Positions 41,391 to 51,743 of a stretch of 64,000 bases of DNA are shown here, piece after piece; position 1 is the stretch's first letter; every line of letters begins with the position of its first letter. Origin of the DNA: Candidatus Borrarchaeum weybense (GTDB taxonomy: Archaea > Asgardarchaeota > Sifarchaeia > Borrarchaeales > Borrarchaeaceae). The notes below the pieces were generated by a model. It saw only the letters and a program-made list of their open reading frames with translations. It ran no database searches and was not told the DNA's origin. The position numbers were made by a program, and so were the translations under genes. The stretch covers positions 192,799-256,798 of the forward strand of contig JAHQJS010000005.1 in NCBI GenBank assembly GCA_019057385.1, given 5' to 3'.

Positions 41391-42206
41391 TTAATAGATA
41401 CCCTTGCAAATTTCATTAAAGACTTTTTTCAAGCACGATAATCGAGAGACTTCATCTTTCAAGTGAGAGGTAATTTCGTTAATAATCTTGTAATCATTTG
41501 TGAAATTAAGTTCCGAATATTGAACATTATAAAGTAATAATCCCCAGGCAGGTGCTGGAGGGATTCCCTTTTTAGGACTACTACTCGGATCTAGAAGTTT
41601 TTTGAATTCATTCAAGGTCATTAAACTTCTACCAACTAAGGTTAATACAGTAACAATCTTGCGTATCTGTTGCCAAAGGAAACTCTTTCCTATGAACTCA
41701 AAATGAAGAACCTCATTTACCTTTTTGAATTTTAGTAGAGTTAATTCTCTTATCGGATTAACATGGTGATTGACTTTTGAAAGGTTTTTAAAATTATGAG
41801 TACCGATTAGGTAGTCTGCTGCATTTCTCATTTCTTCTAAATTTAGAGCCTCCTCATAAGGCAAGAAATACATGTAATGCTTAGAAAGTGCATCAAATCT
41901 AGGATTAAACTCCTCTGGGACATGTGCAATCGCCCAACAGCGTATATCTTCAGGTAAATGTGCATTCAATTGGCCTAATATTGTTTGTCTAGAAGTCGAA
42001 AAGGCAATTAGCTGCCCTAAAGCATGAACTCCTCTGTCAGTTCTCCCAGCAGCCCCATACCGAAATGTTCGGGAGTCATCAATAAGTTCCGTCTCTTGAA
42101 ATGCATTAAAAAGGCAGCCTTCAATTGTTTTGAACTTCGTCGTCTGCCGCTGAAATCCGAAGTAATTCGTACCAATATAAAAGACCCTAAGTGCATAGCG
42201 AGCCAC
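41391..42206 (-). CDS. truA: tRNA pseudouridine(38-40) synthase
   Basis: GFQRQ, AGRTDRGVHA, GTHNF, SFLWQQIR. Confidence 0.93.
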   Translation of the reverse strand: MARYALRVFYIGTNYFGFQRQTTKFKTIEGCLFNAFQETELIDDSRTFRYGAAGRTDRGVHALGQLIAFSTSRQTILGQLNAHLPEDIRCWAIAHVPEEFNPRFDALSKHYMYFLPYEEALNLEEMRNAADYLIGTHNFKNLSKVNHHVNPIRELTLLKFKKVNEVLHFEFIGKSFLWQQIRKIVTVLTLVGRSLMTLNEFKKLLDPSSSPKKGIPPAPAWGLLLYNVQYSELNFTNDYKIINEITSHLKDEVSRLSCLKKVFNEICKGIY

Positions 42207-42229
42207 TAAGAAACACCAAGCGAGGCAAT

Positions 42230-43012
42230 TCAATCAAGTCGAATTTGAAGACTAATCTCTCGACTTTTTTCGGGAACTTCTTTTAATTCCTTAACAACTC
42301 CCATAACTACTGCTTTGAACAAATCTTGAACAAACCCTTTCATCACAATGGTCTTTCCATCTATTGCCAAGTCCACTTTGGTGAACATTGTTATACATTG
42401 TCTAACGTCTGCCTCACCTGCACGGACAGCTTCAGCAAAATCTGCACAAGTATTATAACCACAAGATTTACAGTCTATGCCTGGTAACTGATTGACAAAA
42501 ATAGTCTGTGCACGGGATTCAAGAAGATTTACTAATTTTTCACTTTCATTTATCTTAACTACTGGGGCATCAAGATCTAATTTCTTGAGTTCCTCCGGCT
42601 TTTCAACTATCCTTCCAGATATGGCGACAGTGTTACTTAGATTAATACTTTCTAAATCTTCAGCAACGTCAGCAACTATAATTTTCGGATACTCCGAATG
42701 GCGGAATCCCTCAACTATAACATAATCTAAATTCTTTGGAAGTTTGTCTAATATGGTTTCTGGAATTATAGGAAGTTCTGATGAATTCCAAATAGTAAGT
42801 AGCTCAGAATCGGTTATTACACCCGTAGCAGTTGCCCCAGCTTTAATATGTTTCCAAGTATCTTTTTTTGGGGTATCAAAGGTACCATGTATATGTTTAA
42901 CTGTTCCAATACGAAAGCCCTTTTCTGTTATTTTTTTAACCAATCCTTCTACTACAGTTGTTTTACCGACGTTTCTCTTTGGACCGACAACACAGACTAC
43001 ATATGTGAACAT
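42230..43012 (-). CDS. mobB: molybdopterin-guanine dinucleotide biosynthesis protein B with Fe-S domain
   Basis: VGKTT, VKH, KDTW, VEGF, LPGIDCKSCGYNTC. Confidence 0.9.
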   Translation of the reverse strand: MFTYVVCVVGPKRNVGKTTVVEGLVKKITEKGFRIGTVKHIHGTFDTPKKDTWKHIKAGATATGVITDSELLTIWNSSELPIIPETILDKLPKNLDYVIVEGFRHSEYPKIIVADVAEDLESINLSNTVAISGRIVEKPEELKKLDLDAPVVKINESEKLVNLLESRAQTIFVNQLPGIDCKSCGYNTCADFAEAVRAGEADVRQCITMFTKVDLAIDGKTIVMKGFVQDLFKAVVMGVVKELKEVPEKSREISLQIRLD

Positions 43013-43069
43013 TTAATCTCACCTAGAGTACATAATCAAATAATGCATGATATCTATTGACGTTATGGA

Positions 43070-43537
43070 TTAAAGGTTTTTGATGATGTCATCCTTGTCC
43101 ATAACGGTATGGCAGTAATGGCAGCGTATGCGAAGTGGTTCCTTGCTTCTAAGTATAAAATGTGGTTCCACGGGTTCCTTCGGAATAGCTGCGGTGACAC
43201 AGTTGGGATTAATACAACGTGGATAACCTTTAACGGTCGTAGGAAGTTTCACTCTATTTTTTTCTACAACTTTAAAGTCTCGGATGATGTTAATTGTTGC
43301 ATTAGGAGCGATTAACGCAATAATATCAACTTCCTGTGGCTCTAATTCACGATCTTCAATTTTTACAATGTCTTTTCGACCAGCTTTTCCACTTGGTACA
43401 TTTATAGCAATTGATATGGTGTTACCCTCTCCTCCGGATATCCCTAAAATCTTTAGAACAGTTAAGGCATTTCCAGCTCGGATATGATCTATTACAGTTC
43501 CATTGCGTATTTTTCTAACTCTTAATTCGTCTTCTAT
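43070..43537 (-). CDS. pyrI: aspartate carbamoyltransferase regulatory subunit; start appears to be ATA
   Basis: IEDELRVRKIRNGTVIDHI...KDIVKIE...CINPNC...CHYC, 155 aa. The ORF track captured only the last 60 aa. Divergent from pyrB. Confidence 0.92.
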   Translation of the reverse strand: MEDELRVRKIRNGTVIDHIRAGNALTVLKILGISGGEGNTISIAINVPSGKAGRKDIVKIEDRELEPQEVDIIALIAPNATINIIRDFKVVEKNRVKLPTTVKGYPRCINPNCVTAAIPKEPVEPHFILRSKEPLRIRCHYCHTVMDKDDIIKNL

Positions 43538-43644
43538 GGAAAGTCCCCCAAGTTATCAGTTTCTATAAACTGATTAATGTTCGAATTAATTCTTTAAAAT
43601 GTTTTACTAATTCAGAGTTTTTTTCTAATGATTTGATTGCTCTT

Positions 43645-43690
43645 AACTTAATCGGCGGGAAGTCCCATCCGTCAGGGTGGGGTAGTTCAC
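43645..43690 (+). mobile_element. miniature IS200/IS605 derivative (left start fused to right end; copy D)
   Basis: aacttaatcggcgggaagtcccatccgtcagggtggggtagttcac resembles both ends of 38072-38517. Confidence 0.72.
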
Positions 43691-43836
43691 GCATCTCTTT
43701 TTCAAATTAAAAATATATAGCAGATTACGAAGAATATGAATTTGAAAATCTAGGAAATTAAAAATAAAAAGATTAAACTATCAGAATAATAACAAAGATC
43801 ATTTGGAATCACATATTTTTGAAGAGGCGAAAAGAT

Positions 43837-44751
43837 ATGGATTTTTCAGGGCGCAATATTATGTCCATTCAGGACTTTTCACGAGACGAACTTGAACATA
43901 TTTTCAAAATAGCAAGTGATATGGAAAAGTTTGTCAAAACAGGAAGTGATATGCTCAAAAACAAAATTCTAGCAAATCTTTTTTTTGAACCATCAACTAG
44001 AACTAGGTTGTCGTTCGTTTCTGCGATGTATCGCCTTGGTGGAAAGGTATTAGGCTTTGATGACCCGAAGATGAGTTCAAGGGCGAAAGGAGAAACCCTT
44101 GTTGACACCATCCGTGTCATCGAATCTTATGCAGATGCAATCGTGATCAGGCATACTATTGAAGGTAGCGTGACGCTGGCAGCTGAATATTCAAACGTAC
44201 CGATCATCAATGCCGGTTCTGGAACACTTGGTCATCCCACACAAGCTATGCTGGATCTATTTGCGATTCTCAGGGAAAAAAATACGATTGATGGACTTAC
44301 GGTTGGTATATTGGGGGATTTAAAATACGGAAGAACCGTGAAATCACTTGCGTATGGTTTAGCAAATTATGATGTGCAATTGGTATTTGTAGCACCAGAA
44401 CAGCTGAGAATGCGCCGAGATGTCTTAGAAGATTTAAGCGAAGAAGGAAAATCCATTCGGGAGGTATCAGATCTCGACGAGGTAATATCAGATCTTGATG
44501 TATTATATGTAACACGAATACAAGAAGAGAGATTCCCAGATCCTTCAGAATACGAAAAGGTTAAAGGTTATTTCCGCATAAATCGACGTACCTTAAAATC
44601 TGCAAAAGACGATCTAATCGTACTCCACCCACTGCCACGAGTAGGCGAAATCTCAACAGATGTTGACTCAACAAAACATGCAAGATACTTTAAACAAAGT
44701 TCTTACGGTTTATTGGTTAGAATGGCACTACTCTCATTAATTTTATCCTAA
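43837..44751 (+). CDS. pyrB: aspartate carbamoyltransferase catalytic subunit
   Basis: FFEPSTRT, HPTQ, HPLPR. Confidence 0.97.
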   Translation: MDFSGRNIMSIQDFSRDELEHIFKIASDMEKFVKTGSDMLKNKILANLFFEPSTRTRLSFVSAMYRLGGKVLGFDDPKMSSRAKGETLVDTIRVIESYADAIVIRHTIEGSVTLAAEYSNVPIINAGSGTLGHPTQAMLDLFAILREKNTIDGLTVGILGDLKYGRTVKSLAYGLANYDVQLVFVAPEQLRMRRDVLEDLSEEGKSIREVSDLDEVISDLDVLYVTRIQEERFPDPSEYEKVKGYFRINRRTLKSAKDDLIVLHPLPRVGEISTDVDSTKHARYFKQSSYGLLVRMALLSLILS

Positions 44752-44788
44752 TAATGTTTCTTTTCCAACTGGTACGCGCTTTTTTTTG

Positions 44789-46621
44789 TTAGAAGAAGAA
44801 AATGAGAAAAATTATAGAAAACAGATAGAGCACTACGAAAATGATCGGAAAAGTCGTTTTAGCAGTATGAGCCGCTCTCGCAACTCCTTCTAAAAGATTT
44901 TCAAACCCTCTGTCGCCAATTACCTTTACATTTTCTAAATTCCCTATAATGACTCCTACTTCGACTTCTTCTATATTCTTGCTCGCTTGCGAAATGCCCT
45001 CCTGAACATATGAGATAATTTTTTGATGATCAGTTACTTCTCCAATAGGATGATAGCCACTCCTACTTGGACCTAATGCATTCACAGTGTGTGTATCCGA
45101 TGTCATTACCTCTATTTCGTCCACTTCTTGTATGTTTTGAATGATTTTTTCTCTGAGATCAGTTATCATATTATTACTATCGAAAAGAACATAAGCGGTC
45201 CTTTGTCCAGCGACTTCTACAAGCGATACTGCAATTCCACACTCTCCCATTCCTTCTTCTTTCTTAATGTCAGGATATAAACGATGAGTTCCTATTTTCA
45301 GTTCAGAACTCTTTTTTTCTTGTATTTCTTCTATTGCTTTTTCTCCGTCTATCAGTAATTGACTGGCAAGTTTGGATCCTGGGACAATAAAGGGAGAATC
45401 TTCACCCAAGCAATTATGGCCATCAATTACAGTTATCTCTGTTCCGAAGCGACTTTTTATAGCATCAATTAAAGATAAACTAACTTCAAGCGAAATGTCC
45501 TCCATTGTTTTAGGAGACCTTGTTGCTATCAAAATAATTTTCTCATTGAATTTCTGGCAGCCTATCTGGAATTCTTCACCTATTATTCTTACAAATGGGG
45601 TCGCTGACGATTCGAACGAAATAGTTTTCGTGAGAAGATTCTGTATTTGTGATAGCGCTTTTTCATTTTCTCTTTGACTTACAAGGTTCAGCGCGTGCGT
45701 TGAAGGGCCATGAAATACTAACACTTCACAATTGAAGTGTTCTTTCAATTTTTTACATAAATAGAACGGTAAAATACTACTTCCAACATCTTTAAATGGG
45801 CCAGGATGGAAGGAAGGGATAATAAATATAGACTTTAGCTTTTTTTCTTGACGAAAGAGAAGTATATTGATTGGAAGACTTGTTACTTCCCCTATATCTT
45901 CAAGGAGTGCCTCTAAGTCATCACTTTTTCCTCCAAACCAATCCTTAATAAATGCACTAAAGAGGGTATCTCCTTGAACTCCAACAATCTCTTTTACAGA
46001 ATTACTAACTTTCTTGAGGTAGAGATACATCCCAATCATTAAAGCAACTGAAATTATACAGAATGCCAAAAAAATGCGAATCGGATCATTTCCAAACTTC
46101 AGCCAAGTAAATGCTACCAGGCTAAGTATTGGATGAATAAACGTATGGAGTAGCGTATTACTTATAGTCTGTGGTGCGAGAAACGTAAATGCGAGGTATC
46201 TCAAAATGGCTACAGTTGCCATTCCAAGAATAGCCGATGTAAGAAGAATTCTGTCAGATTGGAAAACTGCCATGCTAAGCCTTCCAAAAAGGAGTATTAT
46301 TCCTAAGAAGACGTTACTAATGACACCTGTCGCAATCAAACGACGATATGTTAAAACTTGGCGATACTCGCCGAGAAGTGAATATGAAACGATGCTAGAG
46401 GCAAGTATGGGGATAAGAAAAATTATTAACCCAAATACTAGTAAATTAGTTATTATAACTAAAAGAGAGGTAACAGGGAATTCTAATAAGATTAAACCAT
46501 AGATAAAACTTGAGATAATGGCAATTATGGCTAACTTAATACTTGAGGGGACTGAGAAAAGCCCCTTGTACAACCCCACAACCCTTGATACATTCCTTGT
46601 ATGATGTAACTGTCCTTCCAT
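44789..46621 (-). CDS. DUF2070 family membrane protein
   Basis: N-terminal TM helices, HPGPF, HGPSTH, DGHN, DSNN, SDTH. Confidence 0.85.
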   Translation of the reverse strand: MEGQLHHTRNVSRVVGLYKGLFSVPSSIKLAIIAIISSFIYGLILLEFPVTSLLVIITNLLVFGLIIFLIPILASSIVSYSLLGEYRQVLTYRRLIATGVISNVFLGIILLFGRLSMAVFQSDRILLTSAILGMATVAILRYLAFTFLAPQTISNTLLHTFIHPILSLVAFTWLKFGNDPIRIFLAFCIISVALMIGMYLYLKKVSNSVKEIVGVQGDTLFSAFIKDWFGGKSDDLEALLEDIGEVTSLPINILLFRQEKKLKSIFIIPSFHPGPFKDVGSSILPFYLCKKLKEHFNCEVLVFHGPSTHALNLVSQRENEKALSQIQNLLTKTISFESSATPFVRIIGEEFQIGCQKFNEKIILIATRSPKTMEDISLEVSLSLIDAIKSRFGTEITVIDGHNCLGEDSPFIVPGSKLASQLLIDGEKAIEEIQEKKSSELKIGTHRLYPDIKKEEGMGECGIAVSLVEVAGQRTAYVLFDSNNMITDLREKIIQNIQEVDEIEVMTSDTHTVNALGPSRSGYHPIGEVTDHQKIISYVQEGISQASKNIEEVEVGVIIGNLENVKVIGDRGFENLLEGVARAAHTAKTTFPIIFVVLYLFSIIFLIFFF

Positions 46622-46764
46622 ATTGCGAGCCTCGTCTTTTGTTTGAACTCATGTATATTAGTTAGTTGTCGTATTTTCTCCGTTGATTTTTGGCAAAAAG
46701 CATTTGGATCGATTAACTACAAACAAACTCAAAAGATATAGTATGAATTCAGTGAATTTCTTTA

Positions 46765-46810
46765 GTTGGAATACTTAAATAGTATCGTTGGAATACTTAA
46801 ATAGTATTCC
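46765..46810 (+). repeat. 22-bp tandem duplication with a hairpin
   Basis: gttggaatacttaaatagtat(c) x2. ggaatact/agtattcc inverted repeat. Confidence 0.85.
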
Positions 46811-46835
46811 CTATGTCACAGCAAGTTCGGTCGTC

Positions 46836-46875
46836 GAAGCAGGAAGCCTCACTGCTTTAACGTGAGGTAGTTCAC
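46836..46875 (+). mobile_element. IS200/IS605-type right-end remnant (copy C)
   Basis: gaagcaggaagcctcactgctttaacgtgaggtagttcac, sharing cgtgaggtagttcac with copy B. Confidence 0.72.
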
Positions 46876-46903
46876 TATATTCAATAGTAAACGGTGAAAA
46901 AGT

Positions 46904-47464
46904 ATGAGTGAAAAATATCTCTCTGTGTCCGATGGAGAGAACTGTCCTGTATGTAACAATCCAACTATGAAAGTTACCGCAAGAGAGATCGACGTCCCAC
47001 ATTTTGGGCAAACCTTACTATATTCGAGTCTATGTCGCAACTGCGGATTTCGACAAAGTTGGTCATATCCGCTTGAAGAAAGTTCACCTCATAGATACAC
47101 GTTATATGTTTCGGATCCTTCTGATCTAACTTCACGGGTAATTAAGTCAAACACAGCATCGATAAAAATCCCAGAACTCGGTTTCAGCATGGAATCTAAA
47201 ATGTCATCTGATCCATTCATTACAAATGTTGAAGGTGTACTTCAAAGGGTTAAAGCTGCTACGCAAACGTTAAATTCATGGGCTGATTCTAAAGAGGAAA
47301 AAGAAAAAATTGAGAAAGTGTTCCAAAAAATAGAGAAGGCAATAGCCGGCGAACTCCCCTTTCACCTAATTATAGAAGACCCACTTGGAATAAGTACTAT
47401 CGAGGCTACAAATCCGAAAAAACTAAAAGTGGAAGAATTGAGATCATCAGAGGATGCCCAGTAA
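46904..47464 (+). CDS. ZPR1-type zinc finger protein
   Basis: CPVC...PHFG...CRNCGF, IPELG, TNVEGVL, IEDPLG. Confidence 0.92.
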   Translation: MSEKYLSVSDGENCPVCNNPTMKVTAREIDVPHFGQTLLYSSLCRNCGFRQSWSYPLEESSPHRYTLYVSDPSDLTSRVIKSNTASIKIPELGFSMESKMSSDPFITNVEGVLQRVKAATQTLNSWADSKEEKEKIEKVFQKIEKAIAGELPFHLIIEDPLGISTIEATNPKKLKVEELRSSEDAQ

Positions 47465-47749
47465 ATTTTACGCTTAGTTGGCTGGAATTTAAATAGTTTC
47501 TTTTCCGATTTTTTAGTTTACGTCATTTAGTTTCAAGTTTTCTGTGAAGGATGTTTGTCAACTACTAACCCTAAAGGAAAGGTTGTCATTGCGCAAATAT
47601 ATAAAAATAATAGTGGTTTTTCAATATACTTGAATGGAATTCTCTGATAACCTTCGACAGTTTTTATTAAAGTGTATATCTTTGCGATTCTTTATCTGTT
47701 AACCTACTTATGTATCGCATTAAATCTAGAAAAAAAGAGGTCACTTTAC

Positions 47750-49669
47750 ATGGACGAAAGAGATGAATTTAACGAAGAACTTGATATTGACTTTAAGACT
47801 ACAAAAGATTTACCTGTAGATAAGTTATTAATCGCTCAAGTAATAGGTCAAGAAAGAGGCGTTTCTGTCATTAGAAAAGCTGCAGCTAAGAAAAGAAACG
47901 TCCTTTTAATCGGTCCCCCCGGTACAGGAAAAAGCATGTTAGGAGCTGCAATGGCACAACTTATTCCAAAAGAACAACTTGAAGATATTCTAGCTATACC
48001 AAATAGAAAAGATCCAAATACTCCGAAGGTAGTCGTCGTGCCGGCGGGATCTGGAGAACAAATAGTGCATTACCACCTACAAAGAGCAAATAAGTCAAAA
48101 GGTCTCCGCAATTTTATCTCGATAATCCTCCCAGCAGTTATTATACTTCTAGCGTTCATGACTGGACAATGGCTTATGGGCATATTTGTGGCCCTGGTGG
48201 CATTTCTGATCATAAATCAGGTAAAGATAAGATCTGAGCAACTCGTTCCAAAGTTGCTTGTAGATAATAGCAGAAAAGAGTATGCCCCATTTCTCGAAGC
48301 AACAGGAGCACATTCGGGCGCAATGTTAGGTGACGTGAGGCACGACCCATTTCAAAGCGGGGGACTTGGAACCCCTGCGCATGAACGCGTTGAAGCAGGT
48401 TTGATCCATAAGGCTCATAAAGGAGTGCTCTTTATCGACGAAATTGCAACTCTCAAATTAAGAACTCAACACGACCTTTTAACGGCAATGCAAGAGAAAA
48501 AATTCCAAATAACGGGTCAGAGTGAATTGAGTAGTGGTGCTATGGTTCGAACAGAGCCAGTACCTTGTGATTTCATTCTAATAGCTGCAGGTAATTTAGA
48601 TACCGTCCAGAAAATGCATCCCGCGCTGCGCTCAAGAATCCGTGGGTACGGATATGAAGTTTACATCAACGAGACGTTACCCGACACCTTAGAAAATCGG
48701 AGGGCATACGCGCAATTTGTCGCCCAAGAAGTAAGAAAAGATGGAAAGATCCCACACTTCACTAAAGAAGCAGTCATTGAGATCATTCGTGAAGGAAGAA
48801 GAAGAGCGGGAAGAAAGGGTCATCTAACGTTAATGTTAAGAGATCTTGGAGGTTTGATCAGGGCGGCTGGTGATCTTGCAAGTGAGCAAGGCGCCATACA
48901 CGTTACCGCGGAGCATATCATTAATGCGAAAACAATGGCACGAAGTCTAGAACAACAAATTGGCGATAAATACATCGAACGGAAACGAGAATATGAAGTA
49001 ATAAGAGTTCAAGGAGAGGTTGTTGGAAGAGTCAATGGGCTAGCGATCATTGGTGATCCGCGAATAGGTGCAAGTGGTATCGTATTGCCATTAGAAGCAG
49101 AAGTTGTCCCTGCTCTAAGCTCAGACGAAGGAAGAATTATTGCCACAGGCAAATTGGGAGATATTGCAAAAGAGGCTGTCCAGAACGTCAGTGCATTAAT
49201 TAAAAAGCATTCTGACGATGTGTCTAAGTATGATATCCACATCCAATTCCTGCAAACCCACGAAGGCGTGGAGGGCGACAGCGCATCCATCTCCGTAGCA
49301 ACCGCAGTCTTTTCCTCGATAAGAGGTATCCCTGTGGATCAATCAGTAGCCATGACAGGATCCCTCAGCGTACGTGGAGAAGTACTCCCTATTGGAGGCG
49401 TAACTCCGAAAATAGAAGCAGCATGTGAGGCTGGACTCAAAAAAGTTCTTATCCCTACTGCAAATAAGAAGGATGTCATTCTTGAGGCAAAATACAAGGA
49501 TAAAATTGAAATTGTGACCGTTACACGAATTGAGGAAGTACTTCAACATGCTTTAATGTTCGATAGTGAGGAAGAAATGGATTTTTTAAAAGTAGTGGGC
49601 GGTACTAATGCAATCACTGATGAAAAGAAAAAGTTCTCAATTGACTTCAACCAGCCAGTTCCGTCGTAG
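47750..49669 (+). CDS. lon: archaeal membrane-bound Lon protease (LonB)
   Basis: GPPGTGKS, TM insert, FIDEI, EGDSAS catalytic Ser, PIGGVTPK. Confidence 0.96.
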   Translation: MDERDEFNEELDIDFKTTKDLPVDKLLIAQVIGQERGVSVIRKAAAKKRNVLLIGPPGTGKSMLGAAMAQLIPKEQLEDILAIPNRKDPNTPKVVVVPAGSGEQIVHYHLQRANKSKGLRNFISIILPAVIILLAFMTGQWLMGIFVALVAFLIINQVKIRSEQLVPKLLVDNSRKEYAPFLEATGAHSGAMLGDVRHDPFQSGGLGTPAHERVEAGLIHKAHKGVLFIDEIATLKLRTQHDLLTAMQEKKFQITGQSELSSGAMVRTEPVPCDFILIAAGNLDTVQKMHPALRSRIRGYGYEVYINETLPDTLENRRAYAQFVAQEVRKDGKIPHFTKEAVIEIIREGRRRAGRKGHLTLMLRDLGGLIRAAGDLASEQGAIHVTAEHIINAKTMARSLEQQIGDKYIERKREYEVIRVQGEVVGRVNGLAIIGDPRIGASGIVLPLEAEVVPALSSDEGRIIATGKLGDIAKEAVQNVSALIKKHSDDVSKYDIHIQFLQTHEGVEGDSASISVATAVFSSIRGIPVDQSVAMTGSLSVRGEVLPIGGVTPKIEAACEAGLKKVLIPTANKKDVILEAKYKDKIEIVTVTRIEEVLQHALMFDSEEEMDFLKVVGGTNAITDEKKKFSIDFNQPVPS

Positions 49670-49777
49670 TTCTGAGACGAGTCATTCGTCTCTTTACTTT
49701 TTAAAAAGACTTAAAAAGAGACATGCGTGATTAGATGCAAGAGCGAAAAAGAAAATAATTCGATTCAGGTGAAACTA

Positions 49778-50083
49778 ATGGTTAAATTTCCGTCAATTAT
49801 ACGTGCGTACTGTCCTTTTTGTCGTCGTCACACCACACACGACGTCACAGAAGTGAAATCTAAGGCCAGAAGAACCCTTTCTAAAGGACAACGTCGAGCT
49901 GAACGACATAAAAAAGGATATGGAAACAAAGGTAAGTACTCAAAGAAAGCAATTACACAAGCGAAAATGGCTTCAAAAACATCAAAGAAAGTAGATTTAC
50001 GCCTTAAATGTCAAGACTGCGAAAAAATGCATCCGAGGAGTTATCCTAGAACTAAGAAGTTTGAAATAGTAAAAATGGTTTAG
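49778..50083 (+). CDS. rpl44e: 50S ribosomal protein L44e
   Basis: YCPFCRRHTTH, KKVDLRLKCQDC. Confidence 0.93.
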   Translation: MVKFPSIIRAYCPFCRRHTTHDVTEVKSKARRTLSKGQRRAERHKKGYGNKGKYSKKAITQAKMASKTSKKVDLRLKCQDCEKMHPRSYPRTKKFEIVKMV

Positions 50084-50125
50084 AAATCTCGCTCTATAAA
50101 GAACTCTCAATTACTTTTTAATTTT

Positions 50126-51259
50126 TTAACTCACAGGTTTCCAGGTGATGCCTAATTCATCTGCATATTTGTAAGCTTTATCCATTTCTGCTGAAGTAGG
50201 TCTTCGATTAATACTACTATATTTTTTATTGCTTCCAACTAAGTGTGTTGGGCGATATTGCGCCATTATATTCACAAGTGACTTTGGGCAGTTTTCAGCA
50301 ATCCATTCTAGAATTGGAAGTGTACAGCAATCGACATGGTTCGGCATTACTAGATGTCGGATTATTATTTCTCCATGATCTAGACCACCATAATCGTATG
50401 CCATCTTTAGATTTCTTGAAACGACCGCCCAATAATTAGGGACAATTGAAAATTCTTTAGCGCACTCATCAGAATAGTATTTTAGGTCAGGCAGCCACAC
50501 GTCCATGATATCGAGCAGCTTCATCGTCTCCTCCGAGCAATAGAGATTTGAGTTCCACAACTGTGTTACGTTAATATCGCTGTATTGCAACGATTCGATA
50601 ATTACATGAAGATTTGGAGTAGGCTCGCCCCCAACATAATTTATATTTCGTGCTCCTTCGCGTCTTAAGTTCCTTGATATTGATGCGAGTTTTTCAGGTG
50701 AGATCTCCACGCCGTTCTCTGGATAAACTTGTGATATATCATAATTCTGACAGAAGACACAACAAAAATTACAGCTGGTAAAGAAAATTGTCCCACTTGG
50801 TACAAGCGGTGCTTCTTCGCCATGATGTAAAAAAGCACTGCTAATACGTGCACGTTCATCCAACTTACACCAAGTTCCCTTTTCTCCTTCTCGCCTATTA
50901 ACTCGGCATCGCCTTTCACAGAAGATGCATTCTTCAAGCATTCTTTGAGCAAGTTCTACTTTCAATTCCAAATAGGATACTTTGGGGTTGTCTAGCGAGT
51001 CATATTCAAGTTCTCCGCTGTCAATTCTCTGAATCATGTTTTTAAAACTCTTTCTGATCCGTTCATGTGCATTCCATAGTTTTGGTAAGTCTTCATTTAA
51101 CTCAACTTTTGCATCAATTCTTTTTGTAATAAGATATTTAGCAGTTGTTTTTTCATTTATTATATCCCAATAACGCTTAAGCAATGTTTTTACAACTGAA
51201 TCATCATCCCATACTTTTTTCGCATCAGGGCGTAAAAGTCTCCAAACCATCATTATCAC
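50126..51259 (-). CDS. radical SAM protein (PflX-like)
   Basis: CIFCERRC, HGEE, CNFCCVFCQN, GGEPTP, RHLVMP, QYRP. Confidence 0.9.
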   Translation of the reverse strand: MIMMVWRLLRPDAKKVWDDDSVVKTLLKRYWDIINEKTTAKYLITKRIDAKVELNEDLPKLWNAHERIRKSFKNMIQRIDSGELEYDSLDNPKVSYLELKVELAQRMLEECIFCERRCRVNRREGEKGTWCKLDERARISSAFLHHGEEAPLVPSGTIFFTSCNFCCVFCQNYDISQVYPENGVEISPEKLASISRNLRREGARNINYVGGEPTPNLHVIIESLQYSDINVTQLWNSNLYCSEETMKLLDIMDVWLPDLKYYSDECAKEFSIVPNYWAVVSRNLKMAYDYGGLDHGEIIIRHLVMPNHVDCCTLPILEWIAENCPKSLVNIMAQYRPTHLVGSNKKYSSINRRPTSAEMDKAYKYADELGITWKPVS

Positions 51260-51357
51260 CTTATATTTGAAAGGTCAACGAAAACATAAATTCGTTTAAA
51301 ACAAGTACAATATAGCTTTTAAAGTTACAGATTATTTCATTAACAGAGGGACGAATC

Positions 51358-51597
51358 CTATTCTTTTTGACCCAAATACCAGTCTAGATATTCCTTCCTA
51401 CTGCGTCTTTTTTCATCTTCTGTATCTTCGACCTGCGCAAACTTACGCAATTCAGCTCGCATCTTATCGAGTTCTTCCCGAGTGACTGCTAGCCCACAAC
51501 GTTGGCATACCATCAATCTAACGTATCTATCATATTTCATCGTTCCAGCGCACTCAGGGCATACCGTCTCCTTCTTTTTCCTTGGTGATTTAGACAT
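51358..51597 (-). CDS. small zinc-ribbon protein
   Basis: CPEC...CQRCG, C-terminal EYLDWYL. Confidence 0.75.
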   Translation of the reverse strand: MSKSPRKKKETVCPECAGTMKYDRYVRLMVCQRCGLAVTREELDKMRAELRKFAQVEDTEDEKRRSRKEYLDWYLGQKE

Positions 51598-51743
51598 TTT
51601 TTGTATATACACTCCTTACTTCAACATTAAGTTGTACGTTTTTCATTTATTTGAATGATCCTTCGCGAAACTTTATTTAAATCTTGATATTAAGAACTTA
51701 GTAGGATTAAACTTTTTACACTGAATTCCTTTGGTGGCTTAGA

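Noticed and set aside
47557-47587. gtcaactactaaccctaaaggaaaggttg, a possible IS605/IscB-type end
   Set aside because: The hairpin is too degenerate and single-copy to call.
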